From: an uncultured delta proteobacterium
GTDB taxonomy: Bacteria > Desulfobacterota > Binatia > UBA9968
Assembly (NCBI GenBank): GCA_963727625.1
Contig: CAVSHR010000004.1
Location: forward strand, 416,001-480,000
Direction of reading: 5' to 3'
DNA: 64,000 bases
Shown here: positions 20,057 through 30,590 of the stretch, piece after piece
How the letters are laid out: each line of letters opens with the position of its first letter
Numbering within the stretch: the stretch's first letter is position 1
Made by a program: the position numbers and the translations under genes
Notes under the pieces: generated by a model
Told to the model about the DNA's origin: nothing
Databases searched by the model: none
Seen by the model: only the letters and a program-made list of their open reading frames with translations

Positions 20057-21119
20057 CGCGATCGATCTCCTTTTCACCGCCCTTGATAATCTGCGCGACC
20101 TCTCTTTCCAAATGGCGCACCGCCCTCCACAGCGACGGCAACTGCGGCAATAAAGTCATGACCTTGAGCCACTCGCGATGCGGTGCCGCGGCGATGCCCC
20201 CGGAAAGCACGGCACCCGGAGGAACCGACTTGGGAACACCGGACTGCGGGCCAACGGTCGCCCCGTCGCCTATTTGAATATGATTGACCACGCCAACCTG
20301 CCCCGCCAAAGTGACGTTTTTACCGAGGCGGGTGCTGCCGGCGATTCCCGCCTGGGCCGCGACCACGGAATGCTCACCGACAACTACGTTGTGGGCAATT
20401 TGCACCAGGTTATCGATCTTCGCTCCCCGTCCGATGAGTGTTTTGCCCAGTGTCGCTCGATCGACGGTTGTATTGGCACCGATCTCGACGTCGTCTTCGA
20501 CGATGACGACACCCATTTGCGGGATCTTAACCCGCCCTGGACCCGCGCCCGCGTAACCGAAGCCGTCGCTCCCGATGACCACACCGGCGTGCAGGATGAC
20601 TCGATCGCCGATCCGGCAGCCCTCCCGAATGACGACGTTAGGATGGAGCATGCAGCCGGAGCCGATCTCCGCGTCCGCGCCGATAAAGACACCGGGAAAG
20701 AGCACCGATCCATGACCTATTTTCACTCGGGCGTCGACGAACACGTAGGGAAATACCGTGATGTCATCGGCGAGCTCGGCACTGCTATCGATATGGGCTG
20801 CCGCGCTGCGCTCGCGGCTAAACTGCGGTCCCCGGGAAAAAAATTTTAGTATTTTTGCAACGGCGACGTAAGGATCAGCCGCTTCGATGAAGTTAAGCGA
20901 CCCGAAATCGGCGCTACCGGCAACGCCCTGGCCAATTATCACGGCGCTGGCTTTACACTGCGGGAGAAATTTCTGATAACGTGGATTGGTGAGAAAAGTG
21001 ATATCTCCTGGACCTGCCTCGTCAATCGCGGCTACTTTGTGAATAACGACGCTGCCGTCACCGATAACTCTCCCCTCGACGTGACTGGCTAATTCGCTCA
21101 GTGATTGACTGATCCCCAC
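20043..21119 (-). CDS. lpxD: UDP-3-O-acylglucosamine N-acyltransferase
   Basis: Hexapeptide repeats, [18 protein letters not shown]. Confidence 0.96.
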   Translation of the reverse strand: MGISQSLSELASHVEGRVIGDGSVVIHKVAAIDEAGPGDITFLTNPRYQKFLPQCKASAVIIGQGVAGSADFGSLNFIEAADPYVAVAKILKFFSRGPQFSRERSAAAHIDSSAELADDITVFPYVFVDARVKIGHGSVLFPGVFIGADAEIGSGCMLHPNVVIREGCRIGDRVILHAGVVIGSDGFGYAGAGPGRVKIPQMGVVIVEDDVEIGANTTVDRATLGKTLIGRGAKIDNLVQIAHNVVVGEHSVVAAQAGIAGSTRLGKNVTLAGQVGVVNHIQIGDGATVGPQSGVPKSVPPGAVLSGGIAAAPHREWLKVMTLLPQLPSLWRAVRHLEREVAQIIKGGEKEIDRDAGR

Positions 21120-21629
21120 TTATTTTTTTGCCCGGTTATTGTACGTCTCAATGACCTTGCTCGTAATATCGATGCCTTGATCGCTGTATAAAATCTGCGA
21201 GCGTTCAAGGATCAGTGTGAACTTATCGGCCTTCCCGACTTCGTTGACGATTTTCTCCAAGTCCTTGAGAATAGCGGACATCATCTCATTGTTCTTGTTC
21301 CGCAGCTCTTGTTGATAATCCGACATTCTGCGCTGTAAATTGACTGAACGCTTCTGAAAATCCGCCTCGATGTTGCGCCGCTCCTCCTCTTTTAGAAGCG
21401 GGCCCTTTTTTTCCAGATCATTTTTTATTCGTTCGAGGTCTTGGCGTTCCTTGAAAATATCGGCTTCAGCCTTTTTTACCTGGGCTTGAAATCGATCTCT
21501 GGCTTGTTTCCCGGCTTGCGATTCGGAAATCACCCGTTGAATATCGATAAAACCGATCTTGATCTTGTCCTGCGCGTAGCTTGCCGTGCAAGAAAAGACC
21601 AGCATCCCGACAATCAGCCAGTACTTCAC
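21120..21629 (-). CDS. skp: Periplasmic chaperone Skp/OmpH
   Basis: Signal peptide, KIGFIDIQRVI, coiled coil, DITSKVI. Located between bamA and lpxD. Confidence 0.92.
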   Translation of the reverse strand: MKYWLIVGMLVFSCTASYAQDKIKIGFIDIQRVISESQAGKQARDRFQAQVKKAEADIFKERQDLERIKNDLEKKGPLLKEEERRNIEADFQKRSVNLQRRMSDYQQELRNKNNEMMSAILKDLEKIVNEVGKADKFTLILERSQILYSDQGIDITSKVIETYNNRAKK

Positions 21630-21677
21630 TCAAACCTCCGAGGAATAATTTTTAAAATTTGCGGAATGACAGTTCCT

Positions 21678-24117
21678 TCAAGGCTGACTGCCAATCGAGA
21701 ACCCGAGCACAGAAGTCTCATCCTCGGGCTTTTTATTAAGCGGGAAACCAAGCTCTACGCGGAGCGGACCGAATGGAGACATCCATCTGACCCCGGCGCC
21801 GACGGAGCGTCTCATGTCGCCAAAACTGAATTTTTCAGAATCGCCAAACGCGTTGCCCATATCGAAAAACGCCACGCCGCGAATCCCGTACTTCTCCATG
21901 ATCGGAAACAGCAATTCGGTATTCATCACCACGGCCTTCTCGCCGCCGACCACGTCGGTGCCGTTGCAAGTTTTTGGAGTACTGGGATCGTTGTCGTCAT
22001 CTCTAACAACCCGACGGAACGCGTGGACCGATGCTCCGTTCTGTGAAGCCGCGAATCGAATTGATCCCGCCGAGGAAGTAGCGCTCAAACAGCGGCAGAT
22101 CCTTCTGCCCGTCACTTCGCTTAGCTAAACCGATGCCATAACCCAGCGAGCCGCCCAATGCCAAAACGTACGCGCCACCCCAGTTGGGATCCTTAAGCAA
22201 AGGATAGTGCCAGCGACCGCTCAAATCTGATTTTATAAATCGGGTGTTGCCGCCCAAACCGGCCATCTTGATTGAGAACGCCGACTTCGTACCCTCGGTG
22301 GGCGCAAAGAAATGATCGCGGCTATCGTAGGTGATTCCGGGGGTGACGCTGCTGGTCAACGAAGTGCCTTCTTCACTCTTGATCGAATCGGGTGCCGATG
22401 AAGAGTCGACTCCGCTAATATTATCATGAGTTAAATCGTACGAAACCCCGCCACGCATATAATCCCACATGGTTATCGGTTCGTCACCGGGCAATACATC
22501 CGAGCCCCGTGTATCGGCAGGAGCTGCGCCAAAAAACGGCATCCGGAAATATTTCAACGGATAGCTCGAATTTACCCCGAAGCCTATCTTACGCTCGTTG
22601 AAGTCGGTATATTCCCGCTTCGTATTGAATGCTTGCAGCCCTACGCCCACCCTTGAGTCTCTAAAATAGGGATCGTTGGCGCTGAGAACAAAGTCTTGCC
22701 GCCTCGAGCCTATACTGAAACTGCCGTTTACGCCTTGGCCGCGGCCCAAAAGGTTTTTTTCTGAGACGTTGGCATTAAACAGGATACCGTCGCCGCTGCT
22801 ATAACCGGCGCCGACCTGGAACGTCCCCGTGGGCCCTTCCTTCACGTCAACCAACACGTCAACCGTGTCTGGCTGTTGGGTCTTTTTGGTGGTTAGTTGC
22901 ACGTCTTCGAAATAACCGGTTCTTTGCAGCGCGTTGCGGCTCTGGGTGATCTTGTTGCTGGAAAAAAGTTCCTGCTCGTTGGCAAGCAACTCGCGCCGCA
23001 CCACCTTGTCGCGGGTTTTGGTATTTCCCGCCACTAAAACGCGATTGAAATAAACCGGCGGCCCCCTAGTAATCACCAGCGCAATGTCGACGGTTTTCTG
23101 AGTCGAATTGACGTTCGTGACCGGGTCGACTTGGACAAAAGCAAAGCCTTTATTCGAATACATATCCGATAACGTCGTGACGTCTTCGCGCAGCCGGCTA
23201 CCGCGGAAAATCTGACCGGTGGTGAGCTTGACGGATTTGAGGAGCTGCTTGCCGTCTTGAATCAAATCGCCGCCGATTTCGACCTTGCCGACGCGGTATT
23301 GCGCGCCTTCATGAATACGAAAAACGACTTCTAGACCGTCGCGTGCGCGCAAAATCACCGGGTCGTCGATCTTATGGTCGACGTAGCCGTTGTCATTGTA
23401 AAAATTCGATAGAATCGCCACATCGTTAGTGAGCATGTCGCGATCGAGCACGCCGCGATGGGTTATAAAAGAAAAAATCCATTCTTCTTTGGTCGCAATC
23501 TGATCTTTCAGTTCGCTCGCCGAGAACGCCTTGTTTCCCTCAAAGGAAACCTTCTTGATCAACAATCGCCCGCCCTCAATGATATCGAGCGTAACCACAG
23601 CCTGGTTGTTGGGCTCCACAGTAACGGCGTAGTCGACGGCCGCGTTGACATAACCTTGCTCGCTATAAAGTTTGCGGACTTTTTCAACGCCTTCGGCGAC
23701 CTTGGCGCGGTCGAGAATCGTGCGCGGACTGACACCGAGCGCCGTCTCGACCTTTTCGCGCGACACCGCGGACGCGCCTTGAATTTTTAACTCGCGTACA
23801 TAGGGCTTCTCTTTGACCGCGTAGGTCAATACGCCGTCGGGCGAAAGGTCAGCTCGCACATCGTCAAAAAAGCCCATCCGGTAAATTGCCTTGACGTCTT
23901 GCTCGACGGTGGCGGAGTTAAAGGCCTCGCCCGGCCGGCTTTTCAAATGAAGTCGAATGCCGTCGTCCTCAACTCGCAAATTACCGCTAATTTTTACTTC
24001 TTTAAGGGTGACATTTTCTTGGCTAAAAGCGATCGAGCCCGACCCGAAACCGAACAATAGGGCGAGCAAGAAACAGGGAAAACTGAAAATAGTTTTTGCG
24101 GTTCTGATACGGTCCAT
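21678..24117 (-). CDS. bamA: Outer membrane protein assembly factor BamA, interrupted by a +1 frameshift at ~22005
   Basis: POTRA domains (GNTKTRDKVVRRE), barrel motif IRGF. C-terminal strands (SVGAGVRWMSPFGPLR) lie in another frame after TGT-TAG at 22003-22008. Confidence 0.92.
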
Positions 24118-24211
24118 CGGCGCTCTGAGAAAGACTTTCAATGAGGCGGTCAAATGTTTCAATTTATTTAGCAAATACCGATACTTTTGTAAAGTCAAAC
24201 CGATTCGGTTT

Positions 24212-24889
24212 TTAGCCGAGTATAAGTTCTCCCGCTTTGAGTTCAACCAGCCGGCCAATTTTTTCGGCAAATTCCCGGTTGTGGGTCGCGACCACCAAGG
24301 CAATCTTATATTCTTGGTTAAGCCGAAAGAGCAACTCCTGCACCTCCTCACCGATACGCACATCCAGTGATCCGGTAGGCTCATCGGCGAGGACCAGCCG
24401 GGGTTTCAAAATCACCGCGCGCGCGACGGCCACCCGCTGCTGCTCCCCGCCCGAGAGCTTTCCCGGCCGGTGGCTCATGCGATCTTTGAGGCCGACCAAT
24501 TCCAGAAGCTTTTCCGCTTCGCCTTTGGCGCTGGCGGTTTCGATTCCCTGAATCAAGGCGGGGAACATGACATTTTCCAGGGCGGAAAAATCAGGCAAGA
24601 GATAATGAAACTGAAAGACAAAGCCGATCTCGCGATTGCGAAATTGACAGAGCGTCGCTTCGTCGTCCAACGGCAACTCCTTGCCGGCGTAAAAGATCTT
24701 GCCACTGGTGGGCCGATCGAGGGTGCCGAGAACATGAAGCAAGGTGCTTTTGCCGACGCCCGATTCGCCGACAACCGCCAAACGCTCCCCTTCGGCTAAA
24801 TCCAGATTCAAGCCGCGCAAAACTTGAATTTCGACGCCGCCCTCAAAAAACGACTTATAGAGGTCGCGCACGGCGAGGAAATTATTCAT
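24212..24889 (-). CDS. lolD: Lipoprotein-releasing ABC ATPase
   Basis: GESGVGKST, GFVFQFHYLL, LSGGEQQRVA. Confidence 0.93.
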   Translation of the reverse strand: MNNFLAVRDLYKSFFEGGVEIQVLRGLNLDLAEGERLAVVGESGVGKSTLLHVLGTLDRPTSGKIFYAGKELPLDDEATLCQFRNREIGFVFQFHYLLPDFSALENVMFPALIQGIETASAKGEAEKLLELVGLKDRMSHRPGKLSGGEQQRVAVARAVILKPRLVLADEPTGSLDVRIGEEVQELLFRLNQEYKIALVVATHNREFAEKIGRLVELKAGELILG

Positions 24890-26135
24890 AACGGATGATT
24901 TCCACCGGATCGAGCTTGGCGGCTTGACGCGCCGGATAGATGCTCGCCAGCAGACACACCACGAGAGAAGCCAAAGCGACGAGAATAAAATTGCTAAAAT
25001 AGATTCGCACGGGAACCGTGGAAATGAGAAACACCCCGTCGGGCAGCTTAAACTGATATTGTGAGATCAGAGCGCAAACCAGGAGACCCAGGACCACGCC
25101 GGAAACCGTCCCAACGATACCTATCAAACAACCCTTGAGCAGAAAGATCTTGCGGATGCTCCGTTGCGAAGCTCCCATCGAGCGCAGGATGGCGATGTCC
25201 TTTTTCTTTTCCATGACGACCATCACCAAAGTCGAAACGATATTGAAGGCGCCGACCAAAACCATCAGCAAGAGAACCAGAAAATAGACCGTCTTCTCCA
25301 GCTGAAGAGCGGAAAATAGATTGGGCCAGAGCCGCGTCCAATCTTCAGCCAAATAGGGAAAGCCTAAATCGCGCTGGATCTGCTCGGCGATCTGGCGGGA
25401 TTGATTGACGTTTCGAACGCGCATCTCAATATTGGTGACGGCATTGCCGAGATCGAAAAATTTTTGCGCCTCGGTAAGGCTCATAAACACCAACGTCGAA
25501 TCGATTTCACTCATCCCCGTCTTAAGGAGACCGACCACGACAAACCGCCGTACTTTAGGGATCACGCCGATCGCCGTGGGGCTGCCCAGCGGGGACACGA
25601 CCTGCACCGGACTGCCGAGAAAAACCCCGAGCTGGTTCGCCAGCCGCTCACCCAAGATAATTCCGGGAAGGAGAACCTTGCGGCCTTCGACCAGAATCGG
25701 ATGTTGGGTCGTGAGAGCAGCCAGGCTGCCCTCACGAACAAAGCCTTGCACGTTGACCACCCGGTTCACCCGCTCCGGATCAACGCCGCGCACCACCACA
25801 CCGGAGACGCGCGAGCCCGCGGTGAGCATCACTTGCCCGTAAATCGTCGGCGACACTGCCACCACGCCGGGCTCTTTCGCCACCCGCTGCGCCAACTGCT
25901 CATAGTCGCCCATCGGCTCGCCCGACTTCACCAGCGCGACATGCGCATTAATGCCGAGTAAACGATCCCGCAAGGTCTCCTCGAAGCCACTCATGACCGA
26001 CATCACCACGTTTAATGTCATCACGCCGATCATGACGCCGAGCACCGAGATCACCGTAATCAGCGAGATGAAAGTCTCGCGCCGTCGCGCCTGTAAGTAG
26101 CGCAAACCGATGAACAGTTCGTAATTCATTTTCAC
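24882..26135 (-). CDS. lolE: Lipoprotein-releasing ABC permease LolC/E
   Basis: SVMSGFE, AFNIVSTLVMVVMEK, YPARQAAKLDP. Confidence 0.92.
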   Translation of the reverse strand: MKMNYELFIGLRYLQARRRETFISLITVISVLGVMIGVMTLNVVMSVMSGFEETLRDRLLGINAHVALVKSGEPMGDYEQLAQRVAKEPGVVAVSPTIYGQVMLTAGSRVSGVVVRGVDPERVNRVVNVQGFVREGSLAALTTQHPILVEGRKVLLPGIILGERLANQLGVFLGSPVQVVSPLGSPTAIGVIPKVRRFVVVGLLKTGMSEIDSTLVFMSLTEAQKFFDLGNAVTNIEMRVRNVNQSRQIAEQIQRDLGFPYLAEDWTRLWPNLFSALQLEKTVYFLVLLLMVLVGAFNIVSTLVMVVMEKKKDIAILRSMGASQRSIRKIFLLKGCLIGIVGTVSGVVLGLLVCALISQYQFKLPDGVFLISTVPVRIYFSNFILVALASLVVCLLASIYPARQAAKLDPVEIIRYE

Positions 26136-26145
26136 GGCACTCCGA

Positions 26146-27651
26146 TTAACGTTGCTTGCGCAGCAAGGGGAATAGAATCACGTCGCGAATCGACGGCGAA
26201 TTGGTAAAAAGCATCACCAGGCGGTCGATGCCGATCCCCTCACCCGCGGCCGGTGGCAGGCCGTATTCAAGGGCGCGCAGGTAATCTTCGTCGATCGGAT
26301 TCGCCGTGTCGTCGCCCGCGGCGCGCGCAGCCATTTGTTCAAGAAAGCGCTGGCGTTGATCGGCCGGATCGTTGAGCTCGGAGAACGCGTTGGCCAACTC
26401 GCGTCCGGCAATATAAAGCTCGAAGCGATCAACCATGGCCGGGTTTTCCTCGTTCTTGCGCGCTAGCGGCGACACTTCAATGGGATAACCCGTAACAAAG
26501 GTCGGCTGGATCAGCTCCGCTTCAGCCACTTCTTCAAAGACCTCCACGAGCGCGTTGCCGTAGGTCGCGCTCAAATCGATCCGCAAATCCTTGCGCGCGG
26601 CGAAGCGCCGTAACCCGTCCAGAGTGTCGACCTCTTCCTTAGTCGCGCCGCCATGCGCGATGATCGCTTCCGGAATTGTCAGCCTAAGCCAGGGCCGAGT
26701 GAGATCGATCGAATGCTCGCCGTACGTGATTCGCGGCCCGCCACAGACCTCCCTGGCGAGGGTGACGAAAAGATCCTCGGTGAGTTCGATCAAATCCTCG
26801 AAGGTCGCATAGGCCTGGTAGAATTCGACCATGGTAAATTCCGGATTATGGCGCACCGAGATGCCTTCGTTACGAAAATTTCGATTGATTTCGAAGACCC
26901 GCTCAAAGCCGCCAACCAGCAGCCGTTTCAAAAACAACTCCGGTGCCACCCGCAAATAAAGATCCATATCGAGGGTATTGTGGTGCGTGATAAACGGCCG
27001 GGCAGCCGCCCCGCCTGGGATCGATTGCATCATCGGCGTTTCAACTTCGAGAAAGTCCCGGTCTTCAAAAAAAAGCCGGAGCAACCGCACCACCTTCGAG
27101 CGCTTCTCAAAAACTTCGCGCACCTCTGGGTTGACCATCAAGTCAAGATAGCGTTGGCGATAACGCGCCTCGACGTCGGCCAGGCCGTGCCACTTCTCCG
27201 GCAAGGGCCGCAAACATTTGGTCAGCAAACACACTTCTTCGGCTGCCAGCGTTAGTTCCTTGGTTCGGGTGCGAAAGAGATGACCGCTCACCCCGACGAT
27301 GTCGCCCACATCCAGACTGCGAAACAGCGTGTACCCTTCCTCACCCACGCCGGCCTGCTGGATATACACCTGCAAGCGCGCGCGCCGGTCTTGAATGTGG
27401 AAGAATGACGCTTTCCCCATCCGACGGATCGTCACGACTCGTCCGGCCACCCGAAAATTCTTGGGCGCCGACGCCAACGCTTCCTCGTTGGCCTCGGTGA
27501 ATCTGGCCACGATCGCCGCCGCTGAATCCGTCGGCTTGAAGTCATTGGGATAAATCGCTGCGCCTGAAGCCCTCAGCTTCTCGAGTTTTTGTTTGCGGAC
27601 CTCGACTTGCTCGCTGCTGTCATCGATGGCGTTTGAAGAGTTATCAGCCAT
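26146..27651 (-). CDS. lysS: Lysine--tRNA ligase (class II)
   Basis: RYRQRYLDL, FRNEG, ELANAFSELND, GIGIDRL. Confidence 0.98.
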   Translation of the reverse strand: MADNSSNAIDDSSEQVEVRKQKLEKLRASGAAIYPNDFKPTDSAAAIVARFTEANEEALASAPKNFRVAGRVVTIRRMGKASFFHIQDRRARLQVYIQQAGVGEEGYTLFRSLDVGDIVGVSGHLFRTRTKELTLAAEEVCLLTKCLRPLPEKWHGLADVEARYRQRYLDLMVNPEVREVFEKRSKVVRLLRLFFEDRDFLEVETPMMQSIPGGAAARPFITHHNTLDMDLYLRVAPELFLKRLLVGGFERVFEINRNFRNEGISVRHNPEFTMVEFYQAYATFEDLIELTEDLFVTLAREVCGGPRITYGEHSIDLTRPWLRLTIPEAIIAHGGATKEEVDTLDGLRRFAARKDLRIDLSATYGNALVEVFEEVAEAELIQPTFVTGYPIEVSPLARKNEENPAMVDRFELYIAGRELANAFSELNDPADQRQRFLEQMAARAAGDDTANPIDEDYLRALEYGLPPAAGEGIGIDRLVMLFTNSPSIRDVILFPLLRKQR

Positions 27652-27726
27652 TACACGCTCGCATTCTTGCGCCTGCCACGGGGGGCGCGATCGCTAACTC
27701 GCTTGGACAGGCAAGGTGGAAGTAAT

Positions 27727-28590
27727 TTATAGCCCGAGATTTTTGCAGATCGTCTGCACCGAATAAGATCGATTCAGCGAATAGAAGTGCAGCCCCGCAA
27801 CACCGAATTTGATCAATTCTTCACATTGGCCGGTGGCGTATTCAATGCCCATCTCCACCGCGGCGTCGTCATCGTTTTCGACCTTAAGCAGTTCCCTTTC
27901 AAGCTTCGCAGGAATCTTGGAACAACAAAGCGCGGTAAAGCGGCGCACCTGCGGCGCCGAAAGAATCGGCAGAATTCCCGGCACGATGGGAACCTTCACA
28001 CCCTTTTTTCTGAGCTCTTCGACGAAACGGAAATAATCAGCGTTGTCATAGAATAGCTGGGTGATGACCGCGTCGGCGCCGGCGTCGATTTTTTCCTTGA
28101 GAAAGCGCAAATCCGCCGCCCGGCTCTCGGCGCGTGGGTGGCCCTCGGGAAAACCGGCGACGGCAACAGAAATACCACCAAGAGCGACGGCCTCGCGAAC
28201 CAGCTCAATGGCATGGCGAAAGCCATCGGGATGGGGCTGCCAGTCGACCATGCCCAGGGGCGGATCACCGCCCAGCGCGAGTAGGTTTTCAATGTGCTTT
28301 TCCTTGAGCCGCGCGAGAATTGCTCGGGCGTCGGTTTTGGACTGGCCAACCACGGTCAGGTGGCACATGACCTCGAGACCGCATTCCGTGTGAATGGCTT
28401 CGACCAGTCCGACGGTTTTTTCGCGCGTGCTTCCGCCCGCCCCGTACGTAACAGAACAAAAGCCAGGATTGAGCCTCTTCATGATTTCGATTTCATGAAA
28501 GAGGTTTTCCTCGCCCTTTTCTGTCTTTGGAGGAAAGAACTCAACCGAGAGGGTCAACCCAGGTCGGGCGTAGAGGTCGGCCAGCTTCAC
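27727..28590 (-). CDS. metF: Methylenetetrahydrofolate reductase
   Basis: EFFPPK, SVTYGAGG, ITQLFYD, HFYSLN. Confidence 0.96.
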   Translation of the reverse strand: MKLADLYARPGLTLSVEFFPPKTEKGEENLFHEIEIMKRLNPGFCSVTYGAGGSTREKTVGLVEAIHTECGLEVMCHLTVVGQSKTDARAILARLKEKHIENLLALGGDPPLGMVDWQPHPDGFRHAIELVREAVALGGISVAVAGFPEGHPRAESRAADLRFLKEKIDAGADAVITQLFYDNADYFRFVEELRKKGVKVPIVPGILPILSAPQVRRFTALCCSKIPAKLERELLKVENDDDAAVEMGIEYATGQCEELIKFGVAGLHFYSLNRSYSVQTICKNLGL

Positions 28591-28688
28591 AGAAATCCTT
28601 GATGACTACCTTCGGCGTGTCAATTATTAGCACAATGTTATGCGGGGAACAAATGGCTGGTCAATAAAAAATCAAATTTTTTCCATAG

Positions 28689-29099
28689 TTATCCCCTGCC
28701 GACTCGGTCGCGAACGAGGTTTGGATCGCAGCCGGAGCCAACTTCTGGGGTGATTTGCGCGCGAAGCGCATCGGTATGACGCAGCAAAGCATCCTTGATT
28801 TCATCGGGCACTTGGTAAGATTCCAAAGTTTCCTTGAGTATTTGCCGGCGCCGCGCGAAATGGCCGCCCATAATCGGATGGTTTGCGTGCGTACGAGCGA
28901 GCGGCCGTCCCTGATAAGCCACGTCGGCGCCGAGAAAATTGGCGGCGAGCTGATATTCGAATTCTTTTATGCGGCGCCGGTCCGCGTTACGAAAGAAAAA
29001 ACCGATCATGCGATCGGCAAAAACACGATCGATAAAGGAACCGATAATTGCTCGCAGTCGGCTTTCGCCGCCGAGTTTGTCAAATAGACTTTGGGCCAT
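28689..29099 (-). CDS. Group 1 truncated hemoglobin
   Basis: SLFDKLGG, FLG..YQGRPL..TH (proximal His); 2/2 globin length. Confidence 0.85.
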   Translation of the reverse strand: MAQSLFDKLGGESRLRAIIGSFIDRVFADRMIGFFFRNADRRRIKEFEYQLAANFLGADVAYQGRPLARTHANHPIMGGHFARRRQILKETLESYQVPDEIKDALLRHTDALRAQITPEVGSGCDPNLVRDRVGRG

Positions 29100-29195
29100 G
29101 GAGCTGTTTCGTATGCCAGCGGACGAGATTAATCTTTAAACGGCAATCTTTCACGGGTAAAGGGTAACCAGTATGTAGACTGCGGATCGCGATCT

Positions 29196-29516
29196 CTACA
29201 GCATCCCCAGTTGCAAGCGCGCGGCTTCCGACATCTTGCTCGGATCCCAGGGCGGCTCCCACACGAGATCAATGGTAACGTCGGTCACTCCCGGCACCGC
29301 CCGAACCTTGCTTTCGATGTCAGCCGGCATGGACTGTGCCGCCGGGCAATGGGGCGAGGTAAGGGTCATTTGAATCGTCACGGCGCCTTCGGGCGCCACT
29401 TTCAAATCATAGATCAGCCCCAACTCGTAGATGTTGACCGGGATCTCCGGATCGAAACAAGTTCGCAGAGCTTCGACGGCTTGCGCCTCGATAATGGTTT
29501 GGTTGATACTATCCAT
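29196..29516 (-). CDS. DUF59/MIP18 (SufT/PaaD-like) Fe-S assembly protein
   Basis: DPEIPVNIYELGLIY, TSPHCP, WEPPW. Confidence 0.93.
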   Translation of the reverse strand: MDSINQTIIEAQAVEALRTCFDPEIPVNIYELGLIYDLKVAPEGAVTIQMTLTSPHCPAAQSMPADIESKVRAVPGVTDVTIDLVWEPPWDPSKMSEAARLQLGML

Positions 29517-29543
29517 AAGCAAGAATCATAGCTGAAAAAATAG

Positions 29544-30101
29544 TCATTCAATCCCCAATTGATGTTTGGCGTTCGCTGAAATCATGCTTTGATTCCACGG
29601 CGGTTCCCAAACCAGTTCGACGTCGGCCTCGCGGATTTCCGGGAGCGCCAGGAGTTTTTTCTTTATATCTTCTTTGAGGAATTCGCCCATGCCGCAGCCC
29701 TGCGCCGTCAAGGTAAACTGCACAACCGCTTTATGCCCGCTCGCCGGCAGCGCCTCGACCCGACAATCATAGATCAATCCCAAATCGACGATATTCACTG
29801 GGATCTCGGGATCAAAACAGGTGCGTAACTGGTTCCAAACGGTTTCTTCAACGGAAGCGCCAGATAGGGCCGCGCCCGTACCCGCCGCACTGGCATCCCG
29901 TAGCTCGGGAGGGCCCAGCGCGTCGCCGTCGCCAGCATCGATACGCGCCATATGTCCGTGATCGGTCATCACGGTAAAACTTGAGCCCAATGCCTGGGTT
30001 AGCCACACCGTCGATCCGGCGGCTAGCATTACCTTTGCACCGCTCGGGATCAGAATCGCGGCGCATTCGCGCTTGAGGACGATCGGTTTTTCTTCAGTCA
30101 T
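29544..30101 (-). CDS. sufT: Fe-S cluster assembly protein SufT (long form)
   Basis: N-terminal TQALG domain plus DPEIPVNIVDLGL, TAQGCGMG, WEPPW. Confidence 0.9.
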   Translation of the reverse strand: MTEEKPIVLKRECAAILIPSGAKVMLAAGSTVWLTQALGSSFTVMTDHGHMARIDAGDGDALGPPELRDASAAGTGAALSGASVEETVWNQLRTCFDPEIPVNIVDLGLIYDCRVEALPASGHKAVVQFTLTAQGCGMGEFLKEDIKKKLLALPEIREADVELVWEPPWNQSMISANAKHQLGIE

Positions 30102-30137
30102 GGCACCGGTTCCCTTCCTCATTGCCGCTCGGAGACC

Positions 30138-30590
30138 TTACTCGGTCGTCGCCGGGAGGGAGTCCTCCGCAAGCGCCGTGTTGACGGTATGCCACGCCAA
30201 GCTAGCGCACTTCACCCGCGCGGGAAATTTGCATACGCCCGAAAGAATCGCCAGCTTGCCCACTTTATCGACTGCTTCCGTGCTAGCCGAATCTCCGGTT
30301 AACATCCTGTGAACGTGGTCGAACAGCTCATGGGCCGCCGCCTCGGATTTGCCTTTTAACTCGGCGGTCATCATCGACGCGGAAGCCTTGGATATCGCGC
30401 AGCCCGAGCCCTCGAAGCTGATATCTTTAATCATACCGTTTTCGAGCCGCAGATACACCGTGACATGATCACCGCAAAGAGGATTATAACCCTCCGCCTT
30501 GCGGTTTGCATCGGTCATCGTGCGGAAATTCCGTGGACTCTTGTTGTGGTCCAGGATGACTTCTTGGTAAAGGTCGTCGAGATCAGACAT
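30138..30590 (-). CDS. sufU: SUF system NifU-like protein
   Basis: NPLCGD, GCAIS, RVKCA. Confidence 0.95.
   Translation of the reverse strand: MSDLDDLYQEVILDHNKSPRNFRTMTDANRKAEGYNPLCGDHVTVYLRLENGMIKDISFEGSGCAISKASASMMTAELKGKSEAAAHELFDHVHRMLTGDSASTEAVDKVGKLAILSGVCKFPARVKCASLAWHTVNTALAEDSLPATTE

Noticed and set aside
24118-24384. Long N-terminal extension of BamA in the ORF track
   Set aside because: Overlaps lolD and the AT-rich promoter gap. The signal peptide follows ATG 24117.
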